From NCBI GenBank assembly GCA_016840165.1, contig JAEOSU010000027.1:1-64000 (forward strand): DNA of 64,000 nt, given 5' to 3'. The position numbers and the translations under genes were made by a program. Shown here one piece after another: positions 28,516 through 38,779 of the stretch. A model generated the notes under the pieces. It was not told the DNA's origin. It was given only the letters and a program-made list of their open reading frames with translations, and did no database searches. Every line of letters begins with the position of its first letter. Position 1 is the first letter of the stretch. This stretch comes from Promethearchaeota archaeon (GTDB lineage: Archaea; Asgardarchaeota; Lokiarchaeia; Sigyniarchaeales; SOKP01).

Positions 28516-29037
28516 TTAATCTTTTATATCTTCTGCGTCATCTTCAATTTTATCATAATATTCGATGTCCATAAGCCCACCCGATCGCTCTTCCCTCCAA
28601 TGGGCTTTTATGGGCATTCCTACATAAGTGTCTTTTACATCGATATCTGGATGTAATTCGGCAATGCTTGAAGTATCAGTGCCATCATGATGGACTAAGA
28701 CCATCGGTCTTTCGACAACCTCTCCTGTTTCAGAATCTTTCAAATAAGCAATAGCATATGTTGAGACACTTGCAGTATCCCTAATATCTACCCATTTATC
28801 GGGTTTCACCAAGCACTTTCCACATACTAATCGAGGGGGATAAAAGACTCTATTACACCCTGAACATCGATTTGCTACTAATTTTTGCTCTTTTAATTTA
28901 CCCAAAAAGGGTTTCATATGAGTTATGTTGAATTTATATTTGTAACTAGTGAGATGCCAATTTGCAGGCATTGTACGAGTTCTCACATAATCCTTTTTCA
29001 CATAATCTAACGATTTTCTTTGAGTCATTTTTGACAT
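28516..29037 (-). CDS. DUF35/ChsH2-type Zn-ribbon OB-fold protein
   Basis: RCSGC..VFYPPR..CGKC. ATG at 29037 is preceded by GGAGGTGA. Confidence 0.88.
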   Translation of the reverse strand: MSKMTQRKSLDYVKKDYVRTRTMPANWHLTSYKYKFNITHMKPFLGKLKEQKLVANRCSGCNRVFYPPRLVCGKCLVKPDKWVDIRDTASVSTYAIAYLKDSETGEVVERPMVLVHHDGTDTSSIAELHPDIDVKDTYVGMPIKAHWREERSGGLMDIEYYDKIEDDAEDIKD

Positions 29038-29042
29038 CTTTT

Positions 29043-30290
29043 TCACCTCCACTTTCTCTGTGGTTGATCAGACATAGCCATTAATGTGATAAGATTCAAG
29101 CTACCTCCCCATCCTGACCCTATAGACGTATGAACTGTCTTAGGTACTTGATTATCAGCTTTTCCCATAATCTGAAGTGCAGCTACCGCAGGTCTTTCCA
29201 TTGCTGAAGCACCGATTGCATTTGTGGAATTCACACCCCCCGAGCAATTAACGGGCAATTCACCATTCACAGCTGTCACTCCTGTTTCATACATTTGAGG
29301 GGCAGTCGCTTCTTCAAATAATCCCAACTTCTCAGTCCACATCAGTTCCTGATTAGGGAAAGGTGCGTATACTTCAGCATAGTCAATCTCCTTTCTGGGA
29401 AATGAAATACCTGCTTGTGAATAAGCTAGTTCAGATGATCTGATAGCTCCTAATTGCATGGATGGATCGACTTGAGCAGAACCTGATCCGTCATAGCCTA
29501 AGACTGCTGCTTCATTTGCAACGCTTGCTACTCCATTAACGTATACGGGAATATCGCACATGTCTTTTGCTTTTTCTTCTGTGGTAAAAAGCATCGCACA
29601 AGCGCCATCACTGGCTGGACATACCATCCCATAGCGTAAAGGATATTGAACATAGGGTGTATCTAATACTTCTTCAATGGTAAGATTTGGCATTTTTAGA
29701 TGAGCCCACCATGTTTTTGCTGCATTGCGTCGGTTTTGAACAACTACTCTTGCTAAATCTTCTTCTGTAATCTTAGTTTTGTTCATATAGGTTGTGGCTT
29801 GATAAGCTGCTACTCCAATTGCTGCTCCTGCAGAAAGAAGGCGAGTTATTTGATCATACGAAATCCCAAGAGTGTTTAAAATGGAGATTTCACCATATGC
29901 AACGCTCGCTAGTCCGACACTCGTATCACCTTGAGATTGCTGTTCGAAAGCTACTGCTAATACCGTATCAATACCAGGTAATCCAGCAGTTACCGTATAA
30001 TACCCCGCGATAGCCACGCTACCACCAGTAGTTCCCCCAGTTGTTACTCGCATTAATGGTTTATTTCGTGCTCCCATCCAATCGGTCATCCATAGTTCAG
30101 GAATATTTGAACCTTCAAATGCAGGCATATTTCCATTAACGTAGGCATCAATTTCATCGAATCCAACATTTGGTACTTTTTTCAAGCAATCTTCGATTGC
30201 TTCGTGGACTAATTCTCCCATATTTACATCAGAGCGTTTTGAAGCGTGTTCGCTAAACCCTGCAGATACAATTGCTACTTGTCTTCCCAT
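29043..30290 (-). CDS. Thiolase-superfamily (SCP2-type) protein, Ltp3-like aldol lyase subunit
   Basis: RVTTGGTTGGS (no nucleophilic Cys), CPASDGACA, EVYAPF and PVNCSGG. Confidence 0.82.
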   Translation of the reverse strand: MGRQVAIVSAGFSEHASKRSDVNMGELVHEAIEDCLKKVPNVGFDEIDAYVNGNMPAFEGSNIPELWMTDWMGARNKPLMRVTTGGTTGGSVAIAGYYTVTAGLPGIDTVLAVAFEQQSQGDTSVGLASVAYGEISILNTLGISYDQITRLLSAGAAIGVAAYQATTYMNKTKITEEDLARVVVQNRRNAAKTWWAHLKMPNLTIEEVLDTPYVQYPLRYGMVCPASDGACAMLFTTEEKAKDMCDIPVYVNGVASVANEAAVLGYDGSGSAQVDPSMQLGAIRSSELAYSQAGISFPRKEIDYAEVYAPFPNQELMWTEKLGLFEEATAPQMYETGVTAVNGELPVNCSGGVNSTNAIGASAMERPAVAALQIMGKADNQVPKTVHTSIGSGWGGSLNLITLMAMSDQPQRKWR

Positions 30291-30292
30291 TT

Positions 30293-31447
30293 TTAATTAC
30301 CTCCTTCTAATACATATAAAATACTATTTTGAGCACACATCCCAATTTGACCTGAAGCGATAGCCTTTTTGGCACCATTCACTTGATAATCTCCAGCTTC
30401 TCCAGTTAGTTGTTTTGCAGCCTCAATAATTCGAATGAGACCTGTTCCGCATGGGGGATTTCCTCCAATCGCCCCTCCAGAGGGGTTTATTGGGAATTCT
30501 CCGTCTAGATTTGTATTGAGATCGGGAGCTTTACCTTTATCAGCTAATTGTAGTGCCTCAGAAAATATTAATTCCTCGTGAGCATAAGCTTCGTATAATT
30601 CAGCAACCTGGATTTCACTTCTTGGGTTTTTGATCCCCGCAGCGCTATAAGCCATCTTTCCTGCTAATTCAAGCGACTTGCATCCCGATAGATCTCTATC
30701 ACCAAGATAATAGGTATCTTGATTCCAACCCACACCGGTAATCCATACAGGATTATCAGTTATCTTCAGAGCTTGTTTTTCAGGAGCTAATAAAAGTGCG
30801 GCTACACCATCACAGGGTTGCGCTACCATTAATTCAGTAACGGGATCAGCATAAATATCTGATTCTAACACATCTTTAATGGTTAGATTTGGATTTTGAG
30901 CTTCTTCTAGCGCTAATGGGTTTTTTCCAGCATTTTTCCTATTTTTTACGGCAACTTTTGCTATATCTTCTTTAGATACCCCATATCTTTCCATATAGGC
31001 TCTCATTTGGAATCCAGCGGCCGTAATATCGTTTACATATGCTAATGGTCTTTCCCAGGTCGGGTCAGTTTCATAGAGCCTTGTAGTATGATATGGAAAG
31101 CATGACGGCATACTTCCCCCCCATACTACTGCAAGTTTATGATTCCCCGATAATATACGCAATAACCCATATAATACCGCATGGGCCCCATCCATTTCAA
31201 CCTTACTTTCATCGGCTAAATATCCACCCCCGACTTCGACAGTCCAACAATTTGAGATAGTTCGACCATCATAATAATCGTTCGTACAGGAGATTACCGT
31301 TGTAATATCTTTCTTTTTTAATCCTGCTTTATCAATCGCCCCCCTTACCGCTTCAAAGATCATTTCGTATCGTCCATAATTCGCATCGGACTGTAACTTA
31401 ACTTGATTATATCCAACAATTCCTACTTTTTCCACTTTTTTTCTCAC
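30293..31447 (-). CDS. Thiolase-superfamily (SCP2-type) protein, Ltp4-like aldol lyase subunit
   Basis: DYYDGR, ESKVEMDGA (no nucleophilic Cys), DG.AA and INPSGG. Confidence 0.82.
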   Translation of the reverse strand: MRKKVEKVGIVGYNQVKLQSDANYGRYEMIFEAVRGAIDKAGLKKKDITTVISCTNDYYDGRTISNCWTVEVGGGYLADESKVEMDGAHAVLYGLLRILSGNHKLAVVWGGSMPSCFPYHTTRLYETDPTWERPLAYVNDITAAGFQMRAYMERYGVSKEDIAKVAVKNRKNAGKNPLALEEAQNPNLTIKDVLESDIYADPVTELMVAQPCDGVAALLLAPEKQALKITDNPVWITGVGWNQDTYYLGDRDLSGCKSLELAGKMAYSAAGIKNPRSEIQVAELYEAYAHEELIFSEALQLADKGKAPDLNTNLDGEFPINPSGGAIGGNPPCGTGLIRIIEAAKQLTGEAGDYQVNGAKKAIASGQIGMCAQNSILYVLEGGN

Positions 31448-31450
31448 TCT

Positions 31451-31912
31451 CTATGCTTTTATAAAACCCTGTATATCAGAAGGGTCTCCTTTTGGATTTT
31501 CTTCCCATTTTATTTTCATTTTCATTCCGATTTTAACCTCCTCGGGTTCCAAATCCAATAATCTATAGACAAGCCCCGTGCTACTCCCATCAATTTTGAT
31601 TATGCCGATTATTTGAGGTTTCTTTACCTTCCTATCCGATCTATCATTTACTTTATAATGAGTAATAGTATAGTTTATCAATTCTCCTGTTTCCGGCAAA
31701 TCCACCCAGTTTTCTTCGAGAGGAATCACTATATTACATTTTCCACATACTTTTCTCGGTGGTACGAATACATCACCACACTTCGGGCATTTATTTCCAA
31801 CAATCTTTTTATTTTCCAGGTTATCATAGAATTTATCAAGGTATTCTCCAACCCAGAATGCAAATTCTGCTTTCACCAAGCCCTTATTCGCAACAATAAT
31901 TTTCTCGTTCAT
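31451..31912 (-). CDS. DUF35/ChsH2-type Zn-ribbon OB-fold protein
   Basis: KCPKC..VFVPPR..CGKC followed by OB-fold IKIDG...VKIGM. Confidence 0.9.
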   Translation of the reverse strand: MNEKIIVANKGLVKAEFAFWVGEYLDKFYDNLENKKIVGNKCPKCGDVFVPPRKVCGKCNIVIPLEENWVDLPETGELINYTITHYKVNDRSDRKVKKPQIIGIIKIDGSSTGLVYRLLDLEPEEVKIGMKMKIKWEENPKGDPSDIQGFIKA

Positions 31913-31949
31913 GATTTCATTATTTTACTTTTTTAATTATATTAATATT

Positions 31950-31967
31950 ATGAATGATATTATTCAT
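31950..31967. promoter_or_regulatory. Near-perfect 18-bp palindrome, putative repressor operator
   Basis: ATGAATGATATTATTCAT (one mismatched pair), located between a minus-strand TTTATA box (31973-31978) and the operon start at 31912. Confidence 0.5.
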
Positions 31968-32212
31968 GATAGTATAAATAAATTTATGAGTTGGGTTTAG
32001 ACAAAAATGATAAGAGCGATATTACCCATATATTACATGATTTAATGTGGATAAGTGCTCTTTATATTCCTAAATTAAATAAAATTTGATAAGTATCGAA
32101 AATTGGACAATATATTTCGGTGCTATTATCACGATAATTTAATATTTTAAATATGAATTTAGATACAATTTTAACGTGTTTAGATTCAATTTCAGATTGG
32201 TAGTGAGAGAGA

Positions 32213-32554
32213 TTGGGAAAATTTTGGAAAAAAGTGGATGATGAATTATTAAGTTCTGTAGAAGAGACTATGGGGTTTTCTCGAGAGTTCTCTTCCCTTA
32301 CTAATAGTTTTGTTATTAAAAAATATGATTTTTCCTCTATCGAACAAATTGAAGAGATTAAAAATGAGCTATTGAGTAGGAAAATTTTAATTATTAATGC
32401 GAAAGAAATCCTTCAAAACATTGATGTTACGAAACTTAAAAGAGGTATTGAGGATCTAAAAATATTCTTGAGAGAGAACGGTGGTTCAATGGCTAGACTT
32501 GGCGATCAATATCTTATATTAACACCGAATAGACTAGTAAAAATCGCAAATTAG
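32213..32554 (+). CDS. sepF: Archaeal SepF-like cell division protein
   Basis: ILIIN...LKRGIEDLK....GGSMARLGDQYLILTP. Confidence 0.8.
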   Translation: MGKFWKKVDDELLSSVEETMGFSREFSSLTNSFVIKKYDFSSIEQIEEIKNELLSRKILIINAKEILQNIDVTKLKRGIEDLKIFLRENGGSMARLGDQYLILTPNRLVKIAN

Positions 32555-32691
32555 TTCTGTTTTTTGTATGTATATAGAGCAATAGAATTATCACCTCAGA
32601 GTTCAAAGAACTTATTATAAAATAATGGACTCCTTTAATCTTAATAATATTCTATAGTTCTAATAATTTAATCATTTATTCAAGGTTTATA

Positions 32692-34164
32692 TTGATGAGA
32701 GAAGGTAAAATAAACCAAGTTGTAAAAAATCACGATCCAAATTTTAAACAAGAAGAGAATTTCTCTTCAAGTAAAGGTAATCTACTGCAAATTGATATTT
32801 TAAAAGCTATAATGATCTTTTTAGTAATTTTTGATCACTTTGTAGCTTGGAACATTAAACGAGAAATTGGAGTATCTCTATGGGAAAGAATTTCCATTCC
32901 GGTATTTTTAGTAATCATGGGGTTCAATATGGGGCTTTCTTTTCAAAAAGATGGAATATCAACATTAAAAGAATTGTATTCTTGGAAATATTTTAAGAAG
33001 AAAATTCTACGCTATTTAGTTCCCTTCTTTATATTATACCTTGCATCAACTTTTATTGGCTTGTTTATTTATGGGTTTGATTTTGAAGCAATGTATTATG
33101 GTCAATTTTATCCAGAACATGGACCTATAAATTATTTTATAGGGATTTTACCATTTTGGGGTCCTGGGAATTGGTTCATACCTGTTATATTCGGGTCTAT
33201 CTTAATAATTCCATTATTATATTGGATTTTTACGAAAAATAAGGTTTTAGCTTTATTAGCTTGTTTTGTTATCGAGTTTATCATGCAGATGATTATATAT
33301 ATCTTTATCGGAGAAATCACTACGTGGGAAGAATATCATATTCTAACCGTCTTAATGGATAATATTTTGTTTTTACTATCTGGTGTAGGATTAGGATTGT
33401 GGTTCTCTTTTGGTTATAAACTTACAGCTAAAAGAAATGCTTTTATGTGGATATTGTTTCCTATCAGCTTACTCTATCTAATTGGGTATCAATTCTTTGG
33501 TTTTCGTTTACAGATTGATGGAATACCATTTCTAAGGGGTGACTATCATTTTCTTTTCATTCCCTATTCTGCATTCTTAGTGTTAGTGGGGCTTCAATTT
33601 TTACCCAATCGTTCTGAGTTAAGAATATCAAAAGCATTTTCTTTAATAAGTAGAGCGACGTATCATATTCTCCTTACTCAGATCTTAGGATATGGAATAA
33701 TTACTGCATGGTGGGGCACGCATTATGGAATGGATCTTCCTTTTGATCCTTTTGATATCTTAGAATTGATAATACTCTGGATTCTATTTATCAGTTTCGG
33801 GATTTTGTGGTATAAAATTGATCATCAGAGGAATCTTTTACGAAGAATTCTGTATTATTTCAATTTCTTTATTGTATTCTCTAGTATGTTATTCTTTTCC
33901 TTCTGGATCCAAATGTTCTGGGTTCCAATACCATTAATTATAATAATGCTGTATGCGATTATTGCTTTAGCGATTCATTATATCATTAAAAAGCCAATAA
34001 CCACTAAATTATTAGCAATTTGGACTGGTTTTCTGTTAATCACCTTTATCTCGATGATATTTCAAGTAGAAATACCCTCATCCAGTCTGATCTTGGTTCT
34101 AAACACTCTATTAATTATTCTTTTAATTATTAACTTGATATATTGTTTCTATCGAAAAAAGTAA
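32692..34164 (+). CDS. Acyltransferase-3 family membrane O-acyltransferase
   Basis: QIDILKAIMIFLVIFDH, IPVF..I.G, NWFI and TYHI.L.Q. Confidence 0.82.
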   Translation: MMREGKINQVVKNHDPNFKQEENFSSSKGNLLQIDILKAIMIFLVIFDHFVAWNIKREIGVSLWERISIPVFLVIMGFNMGLSFQKDGISTLKELYSWKYFKKKILRYLVPFFILYLASTFIGLFIYGFDFEAMYYGQFYPEHGPINYFIGILPFWGPGNWFIPVIFGSILIIPLLYWIFTKNKVLALLACFVIEFIMQMIIYIFIGEITTWEEYHILTVLMDNILFLLSGVGLGLWFSFGYKLTAKRNAFMWILFPISLLYLIGYQFFGFRLQIDGIPFLRGDYHFLFIPYSAFLVLVGLQFLPNRSELRISKAFSLISRATYHILLTQILGYGIITAWWGTHYGMDLPFDPFDILELIILWILFISFGILWYKIDHQRNLLRRILYYFNFFIVFSSMLFFSFWIQMFWVPIPLIIIMLYAIIALAIHYIIKKPITTKLLAIWTGFLLITFISMIFQVEIPSSSLILVLNTLLIILLIINLIYCFYRKK

Positions 34165-34307
34165 TTGCATATTTTCTTTTATTTTTTTAATTTTTTTTAA
34201 AGGGAAATGGATTTCGATATTGAATTGCTTTTATGAATTAATATATTTAAATGCTGGAAGAGATATTTTATTAGAAATTATTAAAGTCAAATGGTTGAAC
34301 AGAATAA

Positions 34308-35240
34308 ATGATAAATTTCAGTAAAGAGCAGCAGGTTTTAGATATTGGAGGAATCAAACTTGGAGGGAAGGTTGGCCAATATCCTACAGTTTTAATAGGA
34401 AGTATTTTTCATACGGGAGATAAAAAGGTTAAAAATGAAGAAAAAGGTATATTTGATAAGAAAAAAGCAGAGGATCTAATATACAAACAAAAAGAGCTTT
34501 CAGATAAATCGGGAAATCCATGTATGCTCGATATTGTTGGAACAAACGAATTAGCTCTTCAAAAATATGTCCAATTTGTTGCCAAAATATCAAATGAGTC
34601 ATTTTTATTGAATGCGGTGTCGTCGGAGTTGAGAATAAAACTAATGAAATATATTAATGAGATTGGTCTTACCTCGAGAGCTATATATACTTCGATTAAT
34701 TATACGCTTAATGAAGAGGAATTAAAAGGAATTACAGAATGTAGTGTGGATAATGCTATGATACAATCATTTAATCCGAGAAACCCACGAATTTCTGGGA
34801 TGATAGATATTTTAGAAGGAAAAGATACGAAGGAAGGCTTAATTAATAAAACACAAAAAGCAGGTATAAAAAATTTGCTCCTCTTTACAAGTGTTCTTGA
34901 ACTCCCATCCATAGGAGTAGCAGCAGGGGGAATTTATCAATTGAAAGAAAAATTTGGATTTCCTACAGGTACAGCTCCTGTGGGAGTAATTGGAAAATGG
35001 TGTATCAAAAATACTGATTTTAAAGGAAATTACAAAAGTGCTTGCGAGACAGTTGGGATTACTTTGTCATTAGCTATGGGAGCTGATTTTATTATATATG
35101 GTACATTAGAAAAGGCTGAACATATATTCCCATCAACAGCAATAGTAGATGCGATGATAAGTAGAAACTCAAAGATCACATTCAAGAATAAATTTGATTT
35201 GAAAGATCATCCGTTATCGAAATTATATTTTCCAAAATGA
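34308..35240 (+). CDS. mtrH: MtrH-family pterin:corrinoid methyltransferase (stand-alone)
   Basis: EQQV.DIGG..LGG..GQYPTVLIGSIF, SGNP and GADFI.YG. Confidence 0.85.
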   Translation: MINFSKEQQVLDIGGIKLGGKVGQYPTVLIGSIFHTGDKKVKNEEKGIFDKKKAEDLIYKQKELSDKSGNPCMLDIVGTNELALQKYVQFVAKISNESFLLNAVSSELRIKLMKYINEIGLTSRAIYTSINYTLNEEELKGITECSVDNAMIQSFNPRNPRISGMIDILEGKDTKEGLINKTQKAGIKNLLLFTSVLELPSIGVAAGGIYQLKEKFGFPTGTAPVGVIGKWCIKNTDFKGNYKSACETVGITLSLAMGADFIIYGTLEKAEHIFPSTAIVDAMISRNSKITFKNKFDLKDHPLSKLYFPK

Positions 35241-35281
35241 TTCAATTTTCATTGAATCTCAACAAATTTAACCTTGATTTA

Positions 35282-36538
35282 TTATTTTCTTTTTTCTAGA
35301 ATTTCAATGAAAGATTCGATTTGATTGGAGATCTGAGTATCATTAAATTTGCGAGGATCGTTCATATCCGCATTAATTATTAGACAAGGAATATCAAAAT
35401 CGTCCATTAAATGTCGTTTTAAATCATATAACCCACAAGAATTCGGTCGACAAGACAGATTTTCATGCATAATTACGCCGTCGATTTTCCACTCCTTTAC
35501 CGTTTCGGCAAATTTCTTAATTCTGGTTTCCAAGTCATAAATATACCAGAAACTCAACATAAGTTCTGCCATAGCCTCTATTGGATTGTTAAGAACCATT
35601 TCCTTCGTCACATTTGGATTCATATATTTACTAAAAGCATAAGTATAAGGTTCATAAACGATAATAGCACCATACCTTTCTAACATTCCAAAATATTTCA
35701 AATTATACCAAAAAGGAATTCCCTCGAACATTAACCTATATTTCTCATTTTTCAAGGCTCCAATACCTAACTCCACTCGTTCTTTAGCTTCCTTATACAT
35801 TTTTTTATATAATCTAATCGGTGCTTTCAATCCCGGCATGGTAAATAATGGAAAAAGTCCACCAAAAGTATCACGTGTAGAGATTGGGCAGGGTACATTC
35901 TTTCGTAATCTATAAATATCTTGCCAAACCATACTTAGTTCCCATGAATTTTTAGATACTTCTTGCGCTTTTTCTTCATTATATTCATTTCCCGTAACTT
36001 CCTGTATAAAATCTAAAAGTTCATAAAGTTGCTCTGCCACATAATTTTTAAAGTAATTATATTGGCGATTATTGGTATTACTTACTATGTGTGGAACATC
36101 AATTGCATAATGGGGCACATTCAATCTTTCAGCTTGAACTTGAAACCAATTAACATGTGTATCACATATCACATCGGTTGAGAGCATAAAAGTAGGGCTT
36201 CTTGTTCCGCCTTGTATCATTGTCGCATTATTTAAGACAGCTCCTACGTTAGTTTTAAAGTAGGAGCACAAATCATAGGAATATCCCTCCTCTTCTGCTT
36301 TTTCGATAAAATTTTGTGAAAAATGTTGTGCGGCAGATACCGTGGCAGAATTTTCGGGTAGCATTGGTTGTACTCCCATAGCATATAAAACTTCTACAGG
36401 GCTTCCTGAAGTCGCCCAAGCAGTAGGTTTTCCATCTCGAAACGCCTGTTCAATTGCTAAAAAGTGTCGACCCATAATATTTTTTAATCCTTGGGTGGCG
36501 TTTAGCATTTTATTACTAGTTGATTGTTGACTAGACAT
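35282..36538 (-). CDS. 2-hydroxyacyl-CoA dehydratase / benzoyl-CoA reductase family subunit (BcrB/BzdO-like)
   Basis: PEN, DLCSY.K, ICDT..NWF, SCRP and ADM.DPR. Confidence 0.85.
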   Translation of the reverse strand: MSSQQSTSNKMLNATQGLKNIMGRHFLAIEQAFRDGKPTAWATSGSPVEVLYAMGVQPMLPENSATVSAAQHFSQNFIEKAEEEGYSYDLCSYFKTNVGAVLNNATMIQGGTRSPTFMLSTDVICDTHVNWFQVQAERLNVPHYAIDVPHIVSNTNNRQYNYFKNYVAEQLYELLDFIQEVTGNEYNEEKAQEVSKNSWELSMVWQDIYRLRKNVPCPISTRDTFGGLFPLFTMPGLKAPIRLYKKMYKEAKERVELGIGALKNEKYRLMFEGIPFWYNLKYFGMLERYGAIIVYEPYTYAFSKYMNPNVTKEMVLNNPIEAMAELMLSFWYIYDLETRIKKFAETVKEWKIDGVIMHENLSCRPNSCGLYDLKRHLMDDFDIPCLIINADMNDPRKFNDTQISNQIESFIEILEKRK

Positions 36539-36548
36539 GATATCACCT

Positions 36549-37598
36549 CTAAATTATTTCAGCAAATGCTGAAAATCGGGTAGATAATTGCTTATAAGAT
36601 TCTCGATTATAAGTAGCTTCCACAAATAAATAGGGAATCTCGAGTTCTTTGAATTTTTTATTTAAATAAGGATGATCATATAAAACTGGCTCGCAAAATT
36701 TCTGGGCTACATTAATAACCCCCTTTACTTTATAAGTTTGAGCGAGCATTTTTAAAAAATTAAATCGGTCATATGAAGGAAATTTGGTTGAATAAATTGG
36801 CTTTTCGAGATGATACTTAGCCAGGGCTTTTAGTGGTTCCTCATTTTCATCAATCTCATGCCAAAAATATTTCGTTCCCACACATAAATCATCTATGATG
36901 ATATGAAAACCCAGATCTTCTAAATAAATAAGAAATTCAGTATCATCAATATCTGATCCTGTTAGTAACACTCTTTTTTTGTTATCTAAATCAAATGGGG
37001 TTTTATTCTTTATTTTTTCTAAATTTGATTTAAGATTACTATGAACCTCGTTTTTATCTGATTGTAATGCTTTTTTAACTAAGCTATGAAATTCAGATCC
37101 TAATAATACGTTTTTAGCACGGTATTCAGAGAGTTCTTTCAAAAGCCTTCGTATTTTATTTGTCTCAATAATCGCTTCTGTAAGTTTATTATCCGTGATT
37201 TTAATATTAAATGTACTTTCAAGTTGATAAATTAATTCCTTCATATCTTTGATAAAAAATCTTAGAGCAATCTCGTCCCGTTTAAGGGGAGTATTTAAAA
37301 AATATTTAAATTTTAGGTTTAAACACTCATGCCAAATATCGAATTCTCTATTCGTGCGATCACAGCCATGGGCAGTAATTAGTCCTTCAATATCTTTATT
37401 CAAACCCTTTAACGCTTGTTCAAGAAGATTTCTGGTCCAGAGACAATGGGTTGGAGGTATATGTTCATTTGCTTTATCAACTTGAATTGTTGGATCTCCA
37501 AAGAGCCTATAGGGAGTAAATCCAGCGGCTAGGATAATCTCTTCTGGAGTCTCTACACCACTGTCAAAAATTGCGATTTTTTTCATCTTAATTTTCAA
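36549..37598 (-). CDS. 2-hydroxyacyl-CoA dehydratase / benzoyl-CoA reductase family subunit (BcrC/BzdN-like)
   Basis: TPEEIILAAG..P, HC, HGCD, DDLCVG, KFCEP and TRF.AF.E. Confidence 0.85.
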   Translation of the reverse strand: MKIKMKKIAIFDSGVETPEEIILAAGFTPYRLFGDPTIQVDKANEHIPPTHCLWTRNLLEQALKGLNKDIEGLITAHGCDRTNREFDIWHECLNLKFKYFLNTPLKRDEIALRFFIKDMKELIYQLESTFNIKITDNKLTEAIIETNKIRRLLKELSEYRAKNVLLGSEFHSLVKKALQSDKNEVHSNLKSNLEKIKNKTPFDLDNKKRVLLTGSDIDDTEFLIYLEDLGFHIIIDDLCVGTKYFWHEIDENEEPLKALAKYHLEKPIYSTKFPSYDRFNFLKMLAQTYKVKGVINVAQKFCEPVLYDHPYLNKKFKELEIPYLFVEATYNRESYKQLSTRFSAFAEII

Positions 37599-37771
37599 TT
37601 TAATCTTATTTTCTTTAGATAATCTTGGTAATATTAAAAAAATATTGATTATGATGCTTATATAGAAGTCTAATCTTAAAACCCCAAAATATTAATTAGA
37701 TTGAGTTTTAATATTAATAATCTGATCGATGTTTAAATTTTTTTACAACATTAAAAAAGAGGTTCTTAAGA

Positions 37772-38068
37772 TTGGCCATATCTCGAACACTAAGTAAAGC
37801 TATTTTAAAGCCAGAAGTTCGAATAAAATTGAAAATCTGGAATACATACTTGACTGGGAAATTGAAACGATTCGATAATTATATGAATTTAATTGTAGAG
37901 GATGCCAAAGAAATTTATTTCGGACGGGGTGGCAAAAGAAGTAAAGATTTAGGAACTGTCATGATCCGAGGTGCCTCTATTATCTTTATTGGGCAAGATC
38001 GGGAAAAACTGATTTTTACAGATAATGAAGATTCACTTATGTATCGCGAAGAAGATGAGTCATCATAG
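37772..38068 (+). CDS. Sm/Lsm-like archaeal protein
   Basis: G.L..FD.YMNLIV.DA (Sm1) and IRG.SII.I (Sm2). Upstream of rpl37e as in other archaea. Confidence 0.9.
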   Translation: MAISRTLSKAILKPEVRIKLKIWNTYLTGKLKRFDNYMNLIVEDAKEIYFGRGGKRSKDLGTVMIRGASIIFIGQDREKLIFTDNEDSLMYREEDESS

Positions 38069-38086
38069 ATAAGGGGTTGAATAAAT

Positions 38087-38287
38087 ATGGGAAAAGGTAC
38101 ACCAAGTAAAGGTAAGAAAAATAAAGCAGCTAGTCATAAAACTTGTCGAAGATGTGGAAAACACTCTTATCATCGTCGAAAGCGTTATTGTGCGAGTTGT
38201 GGTTTTGGTAAGTCAGCAAAATTACGTAAACCTAGTTGGAGAAACCGATATAAAGCTTTTAACGGTAATAAGGGTTTTTATAGGTAA
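38087..38287 (+). CDS. rpl37e: 50S ribosomal protein L37e
   Basis: MGKGTPS.GK, CRRCG...YH....CASCGFG. Confidence 0.96.
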   Translation: MGKGTPSKGKKNKAASHKTCRRCGKHSYHRRKRYCASCGFGKSAKLRKPSWRNRYKAFNGNKGFYR

Positions 38288-38400
38288 TTTCTCGTTATAA
38301 TTTAAATTGGAACCACTTTAAACCTATATTGAGTTATACATCGCAATTTATTTTTACGTCTTAAATATCTTTTTATTTTCAGTTTTCTTTATTCTAAATT

Positions 38401-38772
38401 ATGGATTCATTGCAAGTTGAAGGAATTGATAAAGAATTAGCTAAGTTTGAGAGTATTGGGGGAATCTTGGGTTTAGCAGTCGTTGATGATAATGGTCTCA
38501 CTATTCTTTCACGGTTACCACGTGCAATTGAAGAGCGTAAATTTGGAGCAATGGCTGCTACGATTTTAGGTGCAATGGAAACTGCAATAATCCCCTTTGG
38601 CGAGGATTTAATTAATTTAACAATCGAGTTTGAAGAGTCTCAATTAATTATTATGAGTTCAGAGAATAAAATTATACTAGTCGTATTAATGGAACTTGAA
38701 ATTGATTTAGGATTTATGCTATTAGAGATAGAAGAAATATTACGCAATATTAAAAATATTTTAAGAGGTTAA
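38401..38772 (+). CDS. Roadblock/LC7 domain protein
   Basis: GILGLAVVDDNGL.I.S and FGAMAATILG. Confidence 0.85.
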   Translation: MDSLQVEGIDKELAKFESIGGILGLAVVDDNGLTILSRLPRAIEERKFGAMAATILGAMETAIIPFGEDLINLTIEFEESQLIIMSSENKIILVVLMELEIDLGFMLLEIEEILRNIKNILRG

Positions 38773-38779
38773 AAATAAT

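Noticed and set aside
34308-35240. mtrH as evidence for methanogenesis
   Set aside because: No other mtr or mcr genes here, and stand-alone MtrH homologues are common in non-methanogens.
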